Assembly (NCBI GenBank): GCA_038087875.1
Contig: CM075989.1
Location: 14,448,001-14,512,000 of the forward strand
Direction: 5' to 3'
Origin: Malacoraja senta
Taxonomy: Eukaryota
DNA: 64,000 bases
Shown: positions 12,465 to 25,117 of the stretch, piece by piece
Layout: each line of letters starts with the position of its first letter
How positions within the stretch are numbered: the first letter of the stretch is position 1
The notes under the pieces: model-generated
Database searches by the model: none
Told to the model about the DNA's origin: nothing
What the model saw: the letters and a program-made list of their open reading frames with translations, nothing else
Position numbers and translations under genes: made by a program

Positions 12465-12949
12465 CATATTTATTAGCTGTTGCTGTGAAGTTAAATGCTA
12501 AATTAAATTAGTCAGCTATAGAAATCCAATGCATTCCGTCTGACTTTTATGAAGATTAATTCATTGCTTCTTTCTGCATTTTTCTAAAGCTGTCCTTCAG
12601 TGGAACATCTGGGGACCAATTGAACTTTATGTAGCTCCATCCAAAATTCACAATCTATGGCTTGAGTCATTGAACTAGGTTGTATAAAGGTTTGGAGTAG
12701 GTAGAGGTTAGTGAGAGAACTCTAGACCCTCGGGCTAGAGCAGCTGAGAGCCAAGTTGCTGGTAGCAGAGTGACTAAAGTTGGGGATGAGCAAGAGGTCA
12801 GATGTGGAGGAGCTGAGAGCTCATGGAGAGCTGCTGGCACTGAACGGATCACAGACAGAGAGAGACAGGGAGACAACAGCCCAATCTGCTTTCAGTAATT
12901 CAGACCACCTGGGAGCAAGGGTAGAGCCTTGACTGTGTGCAGTCAGCAC

Positions 12950-13190
12950 ATCCACCCTGTGACCACATGGGCTTCCTCCTGGTGCTCCGGTTTCCTCCCA
13001 CATCCCAAATATGTGCCAATTGGAAGATTGGCATTAGATGGGTACCTGTTGTAAACAGCTGGTTGGCGAACGTGGACGTGAGGTGGCGAGCATGAATGGA
13101 CATAAGTAGGAGAGGGATACGGGAAATGGATGGATGGAATTCCTCTGAGAGCCAGCATAGAGTTGATGGGCCAAATGTCCTAATTAGATT
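12950..13190 (+). mobile_element. Decayed HE1/V-SINE-like SINE
   Basis: ccctgtgaccacatgggcttcctcctggtgctccggtttcctcccacatcccaaa core. Confidence 0.7.
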
Positions 13191-13559
13191 TCTAAGGAAA
13201 AAGGAGAAATGAAAGAGAACGTCAATCTACGCCAAGGCCTAACGTGTGTGGATAGAGCAGTTAGACTTACACATACAACCAGGGCAATCACTTTTGTCCC
13301 CAATCTCCCCATTTGGGGGATGGGGTTGTCTGAGGAGAAGATGGGGAATGAAATGGGGTGGGGAATGTGTGGGAGAAGATGATAGAGGGATCATCTGTGA
13401 AGATGATAAAGTTGGCTGTGATGATCAAGGTGTGGGCTGAGATAAGCAACAAAGGGTTGTGAGGACAGCCCTGACTGTAGGAGACGGGGAGGATCATTAC
13501 AAATGAAAAGTGAAAATTAGCTCATCTCAAGGAAGGTTGAAGCTCGGGCTTCCTGGCTG

Positions 13560-14390
13560 AGGAGGCACGTCAGGTCTCCTTTAATTCACCTCAATCCTCC
13601 ACTTTACTGCTGGATATTTCCTAGTCCTCCACTGAAAGGACCCACGACTGGTTTGATGAGAATGACCAGGAAGATGAGGCACTAATTAATCGCCAGTGTA
13701 AAGTGTTCCTGGATCGTGAGATCCAGTTTCAATCGGGGAAAAGAAACTGGGGGACGGGCACCTGGAGACAGTAGTTACCTGAAGTACAAATGGAGGGAGT
13801 GCAGGGGTGTCAATAACTCACCGACCTCCATCACACATGCACAGCAAAAGACAACCATGGTCCAGGTCCCGCTGAAAGCCAGGAGTGAGGGAACAGACTT
13901 GACTCTGACCCGGATGTGAATGCTTTTGGTCCCATCCGCAGCAAAACTCTCCAGGCCAGTCTCACCTCATCTCCCGATGAACAAGGTGACCGTTTCCCAA
14001 CTGAAAACTATCAAGCTTTTGCTATTCCCGGTAAAATTATAAAGCTCAGCGGTGAACATCTTCAGTCACAATCCCACAACCTCATCGCGTTCACCTGGGA
14101 AGTGGCAGATACACCGGGGACTGCCAAAATGCTGAGATCGTGACCAAGTCTGACGGTGGTAACTCCTGGCCACTGTCCCCACCACAGAGTAAGTTATGGG
14201 CAGGGTCTTCTTCCTCCATCTCCCCCTCTGGGGAACCCCCATATCACCGCGCGGATTCTGTCCGAACCTGAGAAAACTGCTGGGAACACACCAGCCGCTG
14301 TACCCAGCTCCCAGCCCCACCAGGACCTTTGATTATATCGGTCGGGAGGGACCAGGGAACGTCCTCATCAAATCTGGCTGCCTGCAGTAA
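13560..14390 (+). mobile_element. Decayed RTE-clade LINE ORF (pre-RT and RT N-terminus)
   Basis: DWFDENDQE, IPGKIIKLSGEHLQSQSHNLIAFTW, SDGGN, HQPLY, VLIKSGC appear in the order of RTE motifs (WFDEND; IPAE..K.GG; SDCGNYRGISLL; L.KFGCP). Confidence 0.7.
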
Positions 14391-14724
14391 CTTGTGGAAG
14401 AATTTGGATTCTTTAATCATTTGAGTCTCAGGGGCACTGAAGTAGGTATCTCCAGAAATAATAAATGTATATTTGCAATACAGTTAATCCAAGAACCTTA
14501 CATCTGCAGAGCCAGATTCAGAGTACAGGTCACACACACAAATCCCCCCAACAGATGCTAGTCTGCCTCATGATTATGCAGAGAGAAAACAAGATTTAGT
14601 TTGGCAAACAGCAAATTTGTAAATTAAATTCAACAAAATTGGGAGGGTAGAACACCAGGCATAGAGCAGATTCATAAAAAGCCATATTAGAATCAATAAG
14701 AGGGCATGCATCATATTCATAGTT

Positions 14725-15455
14725 AAAACAGTATGGAAACAGGCTATTTGGCCCAACTCTTCCATGTAGACCAAGGTGCCTATCTACACTGATCCCTTTG
14801 CATGTGTTTAGCCCATTTCCCTCCAAACTCTACCTATCCATATAGCTGTCCAAATACCTTTTAAATGTTGTAATTTTACATGTCTAAACAACCTCTTCTG
14901 ATGGCTCGTTCCATTTATTCACCACCCTCTGCCCATCAGATCCCCTCTCCCTTAAACCTGTACCTTCTAGTTTTAGACTCCTTTGCCCTGGGAAAAAAAG
15001 GCTGTGATTATCTGCCCTATTTATCGGCCCATCATCATTTTATAAACCTCTATCCGGTCACCCCTCAGCCTTCTCCACTCCCGGGAAAGCAGTCCCAGCC
15101 TATCCAAACTCTTTTTATAACCCAAGTCATTCCAGTGGCAGCAACAATCCTGTCAATCTTCATGCTCTCCAGCTTTCTCATATTATTCCTATAATGTGAT
15201 GATACTCTGGGTGTGACCTTAACGTTTTGTATCTACATGACCTCCCACCTCATATATATGAGTCCTTGAGCCAATGAAGACAAACACACCCATGCCTTCT
15301 TCTCCACTTTGTCCACATGTCACGTCTCCAGAGAATTGTGTGCATGTAGTCCAAGTTCTTTCTGTTCTACAATGCTCCCCAGGGCTCTGCCATTCAATCT
15401 CTATGCCCTGCCCTGATTTACCTTCCCCAAAATGCATCACTTTGCACTTGTCTGA
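14725..15455 (-). mobile_element. CR1 LINE 3' fragment, decayed
   Basis: CR1 tail (ggaaacaggctatttggcccaac...) and reverse-complement ORF2 motifs (MMHFG). Confidence 0.75.
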
Positions 15456-15650
15456 AACAAGGACGAGGAGTAAACAGGCCTTTCTCAGGATGATGGGCCA
15501 TGACTAGTGTGATGTGACAGATCTCAGTGACTGGTCGCCAGCTATTCACAGTCTGGCTGAGGGACCAGATGTCACATTTTCAGGTCTGCGGATGATGCAA
15601 AACTCGGTGGGATTGTGAGCAGGGAGGAGGATGAAAAGGGGCTGTAAACA
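15455..15650 (+). mobile_element. CR1 RT core fragment
   Basis: tctgcggatgatgcaaaactcggtggg = SADDAKLGG, a degenerate FADDTKLGG. Confidence 0.55.
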
Positions 15651-16213
15651 AGCTAAGTGCATAATCAAAAGATCATAAATATAATGGCAAACATCCAAAC
15701 ACAGTGAATGTCTAAAATACAAAGGATATATACATCCTGGATAAGCTGAAAGTGACATTGCTAGATGGAATGAATCAATTAAGAGCGTTTCTTACAGTTA
15801 CATTAACAACCTTGTCACAATCCTTTAACATAAGGCATGTTCATTTCCAGATTGTATGGAGAAATAATTAAAGTCTAATTCAATTTGCTCTTGAAATTCC
15901 ATTAACTTTATATTTAAGGATCCTGATTGGGCTCTATTTTTCTCATTTGCCTAAAGTTGATCATCTCCTGACCTCAACCACTTGTTGAGGTCAGGAGATG
16001 AGTTCCACTTGGAAAACACTCTTTGCATTTTCATCTGCTACTTCTCATGCTGCTGACAGTTCATCGTTTTTATGAGGTGCTAAAGAGAAAGTGCTTTCTC
16101 TGCACTGAACTGAGAGTTGTCCTGCATCAATTGTTTTACCTCTACATCCTGCCAGAAAGCCAGCACGATCTTGTTTGATTGTGGCTGCTCTTAACAAAAA
16201 GGAGAATACTGTT

Positions 16214-17400
16214 AGTAGACAAAAATGCTGGAGAAACTCAGCGGGCGAGGAAGCATCTATGGAGCGAAGGAAATAGGCGACTTTTCGGGTCGAGACCCTT
16301 CTTCAGACTGATGTGAGAGTGGGGGGGGGGGGGCGGGAAGAAGAAAGGAAGAGGAGGAGCCAGTGGGCTGAGGGAGAGCTGGGAACGGGAGGAGAAAGCA
16401 GGGACTACCTGAAATTGGAGAAGTCAATGTTCATACTGCTGGGGTGTAAACTGCCCAAGCGAAATATGAGGTGCTGCTCTTCCAATTTACGGTGGGCCTC
16501 ACTCTGGCCAGAGAAAGATCGGATTCAGAATGGGAGGGGGAGTTGAAGTGCTGAGCCACCGGGAGATCAGGTTGGTTACTGCGAACCGAGCGGAGGTGTT
16601 GGGTGAAGCGATCGCCAAGCTTCCGCTTGGTCTCACCAATGTAGAGCAGCTGACACCTAGAGCAACGGATGCAATAGATGAGGTTGGAGGAGGTGCAGGT
16701 GAACCTCTGCCGCATCTGGAAAGACTGCTTGGATCCTTGAATGGAGTCAAGGGGGGAGGTAAAGCGACAAGTGTAGCATTTCCTGCGGTTGCAAGGGAAA
16801 GTGCCAGGAGAGGGGGTGGTTTGGGTGGAAAGGGACGGAATGACCAGGGAGTTACAGAGGGAGCGGTCTCTGTGGAAAGCAGACAGGGGAGGAGATGGGA
16901 AGATGTGGCCAGTGGTGGGATCCCGTTGGTGGCAAAAATGTCGGAGGATTATTTGTTATATGTGACGGCTGGTAGGGTGAAAGGTGAGGTCAAGGGGGAC
17001 TCTGCCCTTGTTGCGAGTAGGGGAATGGGGAGTGAGAGCAGAGTTATGGGGTATAGAAGAGACCCTGGTGAGATCCTCATCTATAGTAGAAGAGGGGAAC
17101 CCCCGTTCCCTGAAGAATGAGGACATCTCTGATGCCCTGGTTTGAAACACCTCATCCTGGGAGCAGATGCGGCGTAGACGGAGGAATTGGGAGTAGGGGA
17201 TGGAGTCCTTACAGGAAGCAGGGTGGGAAGAAGTGTAGTCCAGATAGCCATGGGAGTCAGTGGGTTTATAGTAGATGTCGGTCAGTAGTCTATCACCTGC
17301 GATGGAGATAGTGAGGTCCAGAAATGGTCGGGAAATGTCGGAAATCGTCCAGGTGTATTTGAGTGTTGGATGGAAGTTAGTGGTGAAAAGGATGAAGTCA
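16214..17400 (-). mobile_element. Penelope-like element (Neptune-type): RT thumb, Cys linker, GIY-YIG and 3' hammerhead module
   Basis: Minus ORFs FQTRASEMSSFFRERGFPSS...RVPLDLTFHP and RQRFTCTSSNLIYCIRCSRCQLLYIGETKRKLGDRF; well preserved but with stops/indels. Confidence 0.93.
16279..16306 (-). ncRNA. Minimal hammerhead ribozyme motif of Penelope 3' end
   Basis: CUGAAGA-A-GGGUC-UC-GACCC-GAAA-AGUC, sense to the GIY-YIG ORF. Confidence 0.6.
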
Positions 17401-17689
17401 AATGGAGAATTCTGTTAGATCATTTAAATGTGTTCTCAGCTCCTTCAGCTAGACCACTGCGTTTGGCAGAGGTACTGTACTTCCATCAGTCACTCTGACC
17501 AAATTCCATGTGCCGAGTACAATCTGCACTCTCACCGCGTTCATCGGTAGTGATCAAAGACCGATCTCAGCTCATACATCTGGTTATACATCACAGCTGG
17601 TGAACACAGGACAAGAGCTTCACTGAAACCCTGGGACCAGACCTGGAAACCCATCCATTTCTCCCATCATCTCCTATCCCCACAGTCAC

Positions 17690-18360
17690 CCTGCTTCTCT
17701 CCCTCAGCTCCCATCCCCGAGTCTCACATTTCCCTTTTATTTCACCCCCTCCCACCTTCCCACTATCCACTTCTACCTATATACCTCCCTCTGGCTTTAC
17801 ATTTCATTTCTCTCTCCCTATCTGACATCATTTGGTCTCCTTTCCACCTCTAGCCTATGTCACAAACCTGTCTCCACTTATCATTTGCCAGGCTTTGTCC
17901 ACCTCCACCTCCACCTCTCTTTTCCAGCTTTCTCCTCCTTACTTAAGGGTCTGTCCCACTGTACGAGCTAATTCAAGAGTTCTCCTGAGTTCGAACTCGG
18001 AGAATTACGGTAAAGGCCGCTCATAGGTACTCGGGGCTCTCGTGGACATTTTTCAACATGTTGAAAAATCTTCACGAATCTTCACGAGCTTACCGCGTTT
18101 CCCGAGTACCTGCCGTTAGCGTTACGAGCCGCTAAGAGACGTCCCGAGCTCCGACGTACCCGCTACGTACATTCTACGTGCTCACCACGAGTATGTTTTT
18201 TTTAAAACTCGGGAGAGCTCTTGAATTACCTCGTACAGTGGGACAGGCCCTTTACAGTCCGAAGAAGGGTCTGCACCGGAAATGTCACCTATCCATTCCC
18301 TCCACAGATGCTGCCTCAGTGGCAGAGTTTTTCCTGCAAGTCTTGGGTTATGCTCAAGAA
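17690..18360 (+). mobile_element. Old Penelope 3' tail, split by the MITE at 17946-18251
   Basis: Pyrimidine-rich tail resumes after the MITE as cagtccgaagaagggtctgcaccggaaatgtc. Confidence 0.7.
17946..18251. mobile_element. PIF/Harbinger-type MITE (family A)
   Basis: About 46-bp imperfect TIRs starting aggg(t/c)ctgtcccactgtacgag; TTA TSD at 17943-17945 and 18252-18254. Confidence 0.9.
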
Positions 18361-18634
18361 ACCCATCACGTTATTTACAGAATACGCAGGCGTAAAAAAA
18401 ATACACATACATTGTTTTAATTCTGAATAATTGAATAATAACCGATTTAAGCAAAGTAATTTGATTGCTGCTGCATTGGAAAGGAGTTGTTTTTACAAAT
18501 AAATGATTTTGCCCCTGCGCTCAGAGAACATACAACCAATGAATTGCCCTCGCTATTGGTCAGGACATAAGCGTGGAAGTTACTGATTTTTCATAAATTA
18601 ACCATATTCGAATGTTGATATCATAAGGAGATAG

Positions 18635-18810
18635 TCATAGAACATAGAACAGTACTTAACGTGAAAAAACATGTCTGTGCCAAACCTGATGCCAAGACCA
18701 TCTCTTATCTATGTGTGCATAGCTCTATATTCCTCTATTCCCCACATATCCATATTCTTATGCAAAAGTCTCTTGAATGCCACTATTGTATCTACCTCAC
18801 ACGCCATCCC
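18635..18810 (-). mobile_element. CR1 3' tail fragment
   Basis: catagaacatagaacagtac tail; reverse complement reads IVAFKRLLHKNMD. Confidence 0.7.
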
Positions 18811-19671
18811 ATTCTCCAGTGCTGAAGTCTGGATTAACTCAAGCCTGTTATGAGGGATTTGTAATTTATTTGAATGCACCAACAGCAGAGACGGATAAGG
18901 ACACGTCACCTAATTAACAAACCGTGCAAGCATTGCCCGAATGAGTGATTGCATCTTTCTATGGGGACTGGGCATGGATTGCAAAGCGTAGGGCTGTCAG
19001 GAAAGAACAGTCGATCACTGGGCAGCTCCTTCAATGATATTGGACACAAACAATGGACTGAAAGATTAATTCCTCTGAAGTACGATTCCATGATTTTGGA
19101 TTTTCTGGATCCTGTTTCAAAAACAGGGTTAAAGCATTGAAAATATCTTCAGCTGGAAGTGTCTGACGTTTGATCTATCTCAGCTTCCTCCTGAGGTCTC
19201 CATCACAGAGTTAGCCTTCCGCAAACACCACCCACTCGACTTGATATCAAGAAACAGTGAAGGTTAGGTTGTAGTGAAGGTTATGACATTGATCAGTCAA
19301 TATCCCAGGAGTGAAGATATCTGCTCCTGTGGTAACAGATCTTCTAACCAAGCTGTTTCAATACAGCTACAAGACAAGATTCTATCTGACAATGTGTAAA
19401 ATGGACTAGCATTCCCCTCAGCACAAACACCAGGTCAAATTCAGTCTATCTTATTGATGACTCTCCATCTACCTTCATGGACGTGTGTGGGTGTTATCAA
19501 GAGGCATCCGTTCCTCAATAAGTTGCTCGCCAAAGCTCAGGACTAGTCATCTATTGACCTTAATACAGCCCTGCTCCAAACATGGACACAAGCAGAATGC
19601 AGAGGGTGATGTGGGAGTTTCAGTGTGGCATGAAGGACACCGTTGAAAATGAAACTCCTGGAGAATCAATC

Positions 19672-19990
19672 CAGCACAGTGGTGGAGCTGATAGAGCTGC
19701 TGTCTCATAGCGCCCAAGACCAAGGTTGAATCCTGCTCTAGGGTTCTGTCTGTGTGGAGTTTGCACATTCTCTCTGTGACTGCATGGGTTTCCTCCAGGT
19801 GTTCCAGTTTCCTCCTACGTCCTAGATGTGTGCAAGTTGGTTGGTTAATTGGTTGCTGTAAAACTGCCCTGTGTGCAGATGAATGGTAGAATCTGGGGAC
19901 ATTTGATGAGAATCAGGGGAGAATAAAAAATGGAAAATTAATTAACGATTAGTGTAAATGACCAAAGGACCTGTTTCCATGCTGTATCTC
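19672..19990 (+). mobile_element. HE1/V-SINE-like tRNA SINE
   Basis: tRNA-like head (A box tggtggagctgatag, B box ggttgaatcc), V core tgtgtggagtttgcacattctc, CR1-like tail ggacctgtttccatgctgtatctc. Confidence 0.8.
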
Positions 19991-20330
19991 TCCATCTCCC
20001 CATGGCTATAAAACTTGAAATGTCTCAAGTCAAGCCAAGTACAAAAGAAGATGGTTTTGTAAGTTGGAAGCCAATCATCTTAGCTACGGGACAGCACCTT
20101 ACTTGGACGATCTTTGACCGCTCCATCAATGATGTTCCTTCATGAGATGAAGTGAAGACATTCTCTAATTATTGTACAATACTCAATTTCATTTACAATC
20201 CCTCAGATAATAACAAGAGGTCAAGCAATATGCAACAAGGCATGGACAGCATTTGTCATGATCTGGTAAGTGATAATTACATTAATTTCAGACATGCCAG
20301 GCAATCATCTTCTCCAATAAGTGAGAGTCA

Positions 20331-20697
20331 AGGGCCTGTCCCACTTAGGCGATTTTTTTGGCGCCTGCCGGCGACAGGCTGTCACCACACGATCGCCGGG
20401 GTGTCGCCTGTATGGTCGTGAGTAGTACGCTCAGTCACCCAAATAGTCGTAGCGTTTTTCTGGTCGACGCTGGATATTGAAATGTTCAAAACTTTTCGGC
20501 GACTGTCGGCGACTGTGAGCTTGTCGTTGCTTGTCTTCTCCTGACGAAGGTGTTGTCGTAGCTTGTCGTAGGTTGTCGCCAGGATGGCGAAGGTTATCGG
20601 CAGGTGACGTAGGTTGTCGCCGGTTCTAACTTCGGTGATTTCCATTGTTGTAGTCGCCGACAGTCGCCTAAAAAATCGCCTAAGTGGGACAGGCGTT
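20331..20697. mobile_element. PIF/Harbinger-type MITE (family B)
   Basis: TIR agggcctgtcccacttaggcgatttttt vs aaaaaatcgcctaagtgggacaggc; flanks TCA/TTA; internal GTCG repeats. Confidence 0.85.
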
Positions 20698-21164
20698 TTA
20701 AACCACTTACTCTTGACATCACCTGCACCACCTTTACTGGGGCTCCCCCCACTAACACCTTGGGGCAAGGTTACCGGTGATGTAAGACTCTTCTACGCCT
20801 ACTGCATAAATACTGTGCGTATAAGAACAAGTCAGAGGGTATCCCGTGTGAATGCCTCATCTGACACCTGAAGGCTGTTTCCCCACTTACGATGCACAAG
20901 ACAGGATTATGATTGAATACAGGATTGTATTTGCCTTGGTGATTCTAGCCCCAATAACATTCAAGGGGCCCAGGACAAAACAAGCTGCTCCATCTACCAA
21001 TGTGAAGCCTCTGTAACACAGAATAGTGTAGCAATTGCAGCCATTCCTTGATTTACTCTCCTGTGCAACTTTGTTCCAGTGTAATTTCATAAATCACAAA
21101 GGCTGGTAAAATGCACGAAGGTCAATGAATATAGTGCGTTCCTCTGTGCTAGAAGTCATGTATT

Positions 21165-21590
21165 ATTCAACGAGATATTGCCTGCATTAGAGAATATTAG
21201 CTATAAGGAAAGATTTGATAACTTTGGATTCTTTTCTCTGGTTGAGGGCAACCTGATGGAAGTTGATAAAATTATGAAAGTCAAAGGTATGATAGATAGT
21301 CGTTTTCACTGGGTAGAAATGTCAAACCGTGCAGGAGATATATTTAAGGTGAGAGGGGGGTAGGTTAAAGAGAATTAGGATTTTTTTTACGCTCAAAGTG
21401 GTAGGTGCCTGGAACTCGCTGTCAGAAGAATCGGTGGAGTAGATACAACAGTAAAGAGGTAAATAGACAGACACATGAACAGCTAGGGAATAGAGAGATA
21501 TGGACCATCTGCCCATGGATGACATTTGCATCATGGTCAGTATAGACATCATGGGCTGATGGGCCTGCAGCTTTGTTCTATTGTTCGACG
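21165..21590 (+). mobile_element. CR1 3' fragment, decayed
   Basis: LPALENISYKERFDNFGFFSL..EGNLMEVDKIMK, then the CR1 tail. Confidence 0.75.
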
Positions 21591-21846
21591 TTTTATGTTA
21601 TATCCATTGTGGCAAAATTAGTTTTACATTTTAAAGACACATATCTCAAGGATTCAACTGCATTATAGAAAAATTCACTGGAACATTTGAGATTCAAGCA
21701 ACTTGTGCATTAGGAGCACTGCATGAAATTGTCTCTGCTGACTAGTGAGAACCTCCTAAACCCATGATGCATTGGAGCTCCTCCATCAAGACCATCCGTA
21801 GCTACCATTGCCGGGTCTGGAGCCCCTGGCCACAGGCTTTGCTGGA

Positions 21847-21851
<5 letters not shown>

Positions 21852-21887
<36 letters not shown>

Positions 21888-24038
21888 TTATTTTTTTTTT
21901 TAATTTTTATTTATTAGAAGTACATTACATCACAGCCACATACATTAATACTCGTCATTTATATCTTCTTACAATTAATGTACTCCCTTTATTTATTTTT
22001 TTACACTAAAGAAAGAAAAGATTGAAAGAGAGAAGAAAGTGAAGGAAAAAGTGCAAGTGTAGAAAAGTGTAGAAAATGTAACAACAAAAAAGGACGAAGA
22101 CCCTATGAGAGCGAAATTAAAAACAAAAAGAAAGAGTTAAGAAATAGGCCCTAAGAAAAGAAAAGAGAGAGAGAAAAAAAGAAAAACAAATGTTTTTTTT
22201 TGAGCATCACGTAAATAGGACATACCAACTCTTCAACTATCATCCCCCCTTACCCGACCTCAATTTTTTATTTTTTTAAAGTACTTTTGCACCCTATGTT
22301 TGTAATAATTCTATAAATGCAGACCACGTCAGGTGGAAGTGATCTGGTTTACCTGCTAGGAGGAGTCTTATCTCTTCAAGGTGTAGTGTTTCAAACATAT
22401 TTGAAATCCACATATTTATAGTTGGTATTGGAGCCTTCTTCCAAAATTTTAGAATTAGCTTTTTTCCAGTTATTAACCCATAATCCATTAATTTCTTTTG
22501 AAACACATTTAGTTCTGGATCATCTTCCGTTATTCCGAAGATAATCCATTCTGCTTTGGGTATCAGTCTTGTTTTAAATAACTTTGTAAAGATTTCAAAA
22601 ATTTCATTCCAAAATTTTTGAATTTTTGTACAGAAGACAAATGAGTGCGCTATAGTTGCTTCTTGGGATTGACATTTATCACAAATAGATGATACGTTTG
22701 GGAAAATTTTATGAATTTTAGTTTTCGAATAATATAATCTATGTAAAATTTTAAATTGTATTAAAGTGTGTCTTACATTAATCGAGCATTTATGTACTTT
22801 TAATAAGTATTCATTCCAACTTTCCTTTGAAATTTTAATAGCTAACTCTTGTTCCCAGTCTCTTCTGATACCCTCCGTAGATGGTATTTGTACATTTAAG
22901 ATAATATTGTACAAATATGATATTAAGTTTGCTGATTCCGCTTTTATCTGCATTGCCTCGTCCAGTACATCTACTGGGTTATTATGATGATCTTTTATAT
23001 ATTTTTTCAAATAGTCGCATATTTGAAAGTATTTAAAATATTGATTATTTCCGAGTTTATATTTTATTTGTAATTGTTGAAATGAAAGTAATTTTCCAGT
23101 TTCATACAAGTCACCAAGCGTTTTAATTCCTAGTCTATCCCATTGTGTATAAGCTTTATCTATAATAGAAGGACTAAACGAAGGGTTATTGACTATAGGT
23201 AATAAAAGTGATAAGTTTCTTAATTTTAAATTTTGTTTTATTTGTTTCCAAATACGGATTGTACTATGAATAATTGGGTTCTTATTATAGTTTATGTTAT
23301 TCAATTTCATTGGAGAGAGGAGGATCGCTCCAATGTTTCTAGAGGAGCAATCCTCTTTCTCCATTACAATCCAGTCTACTTGCTGGGCGGAGTTATCCAT
23401 CAGTTGAATCATGTTTTTAATATTTACTGACCAATAATAATACATAAAATTGGGTAGTGCTAGACCCCCCAATACTTTAGATTTATTCAGATGGGTTTTT
23501 TGTATTCTATGTGATTTATAGTCCCATATAAAATTAGTGATATCTGAGTCGAGTTTTTTAAAAAACTTCTTAGGTAAGTATATAGGAATTGATTGAAATA
23601 GGTATAAAATTTGTGGTAAAAAGATCATTTTTATTGCGTTTATTCGGCCTATTAAAGACATCGGAAGCGTTTTCCAGAATTTAATTAATGTATTCAGTTT
23701 ATTAAGTAGGGGGTCAAAATTTGCCCTGAGCATACCTTGGTATGCTCTGGTAATTTCGATTCCCAAATATTTAAATTTTTCTGTAGCTATTTTAAAAGGG
23801 AATTTTAAAAGATGTGTTGAATCTTTCGGTTTTATTGACATAATTTCACTTTTATTCCAATTTATTCTATATCCAGAAAAAGATCCGAAGTCTTCAATTA
23901 AATTTAATATATTTGGTATAGTGATTTGAGGTTTTGTAATATACAATAATATATCATCCGCGTATAAAGATATTTTATTATATGAGTCTTTAGTATTATA
24001 TCCATGAATATCAGGGTGTATTCTAATTTTTTCTGCTA
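21852..24038 (-). mobile_element. Young 5'-truncated L1 retrotransposon
   Basis: Poly(A) tail (T-run 21852-21910), 3' UTR, uninterrupted ORF2 part, perfect 16-bp TSD gctttgctggaatgat at 21836-21851 and 24039-24054. Confidence 0.96.
22294..24038 (-). CDS. L1 ORF2 C-terminal ~580 aa (RT from motif B/C, thumb, C-terminal CCHC); 5'-truncated, no native start
   Basis: KISLYADDILLY, FSGYRINWNKSE, KYLGI, GGLALPN, CDKC-x8-H-x4-C; the first ~10 residues of the track ORF come from flanking DNA/TSD. Confidence 0.9.
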
Positions 24039-25117
24039 GCTTTGCTGGAATGATGATGCAACAGTTCACGGAGGCAGCTCACCACCAACTTTGCAAGGGC
24101 AGCTGGAAATGAGAAATAAATGCCGGCTTTGCCACGGACATTCACATTCAATGATTGGATAACAAAATCTCATGGATGCATCCGCACATTAATGCTATTT
24201 GCCAACCGAGGGTGGAACACTCTGTAAAACAAGCTTCATCCCCCAGGAATAACCAGAAAGATATATCCATGACAAGTGATGCACAATTGAATGAATATTC
24301 GCTCAGTAAATCATTCCTTCTTTATTTCTTTGTTTGTGCAGATAAATGTCAGATGTCGGAAAGTCAAACACTTTGTGTAGTGTCTGATGTGCCATCCATA
24401 ACTCCCCATCACAGGAATCAATGGCACATTTCCACATTCTCACACAGTGCCATCAGCCTTGCCAAGGACTCCAATTGTGTTGTGGTGAGTTGCTGCCTGC
24501 TTTGGTGTCCACTGCAGTCTGGGCACTTCTCCTGTTCTCTCCACTCCTTGGTCTGCCCTTTCCCCCTCCTCCTGCTCCATGTTGACATAACCACCTGTGA
24601 TCACATGTGTTGCAACACGTCACACCTTCTATTTTATTAAAGCCAGTAACTCCAAGGCTGTCTATATATAATTCTTGACTGGGACACGACAGAATGGCGT
24701 ACCATTTTTAATTAATAAGTAGGCTTTTCATTAGTCCATTCCAGAAGGAGGAGGAATCCTCCAAACATCACTAAACCCAGCCAAATAATCAGCTAATCTT
24801 TTCTGCCAACACGACAACACTTCTCACTCACATTAAATATATTGTTAAGGAGCCAGAAAGAAACAAATAACCTCCTTGCGATATTATGTACTAAACGTGT
24901 TGCAATTTTTAATCTAAGGTTGTGGAGTTTTCTATTTTCAATTCAATTCCACACAGTAGCAATAATCCTGGCCATGAATGTGATTCTGAGCCCATTGATT
25001 TCATTGAGAAGGTAATAAATGTTGCATAAATGTGATTTTCACTGCCTTTCACCTGCTTTGCTTGTAAGTGGGTTTAACCAAAATGGCATAATTGACTGTG
25101 GAAATGGATCTTTAGAT

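Noticed and set aside
16530..17120. 196-aa plus-strand ORF
   Set aside because: Antisense frame of the Penelope ORF
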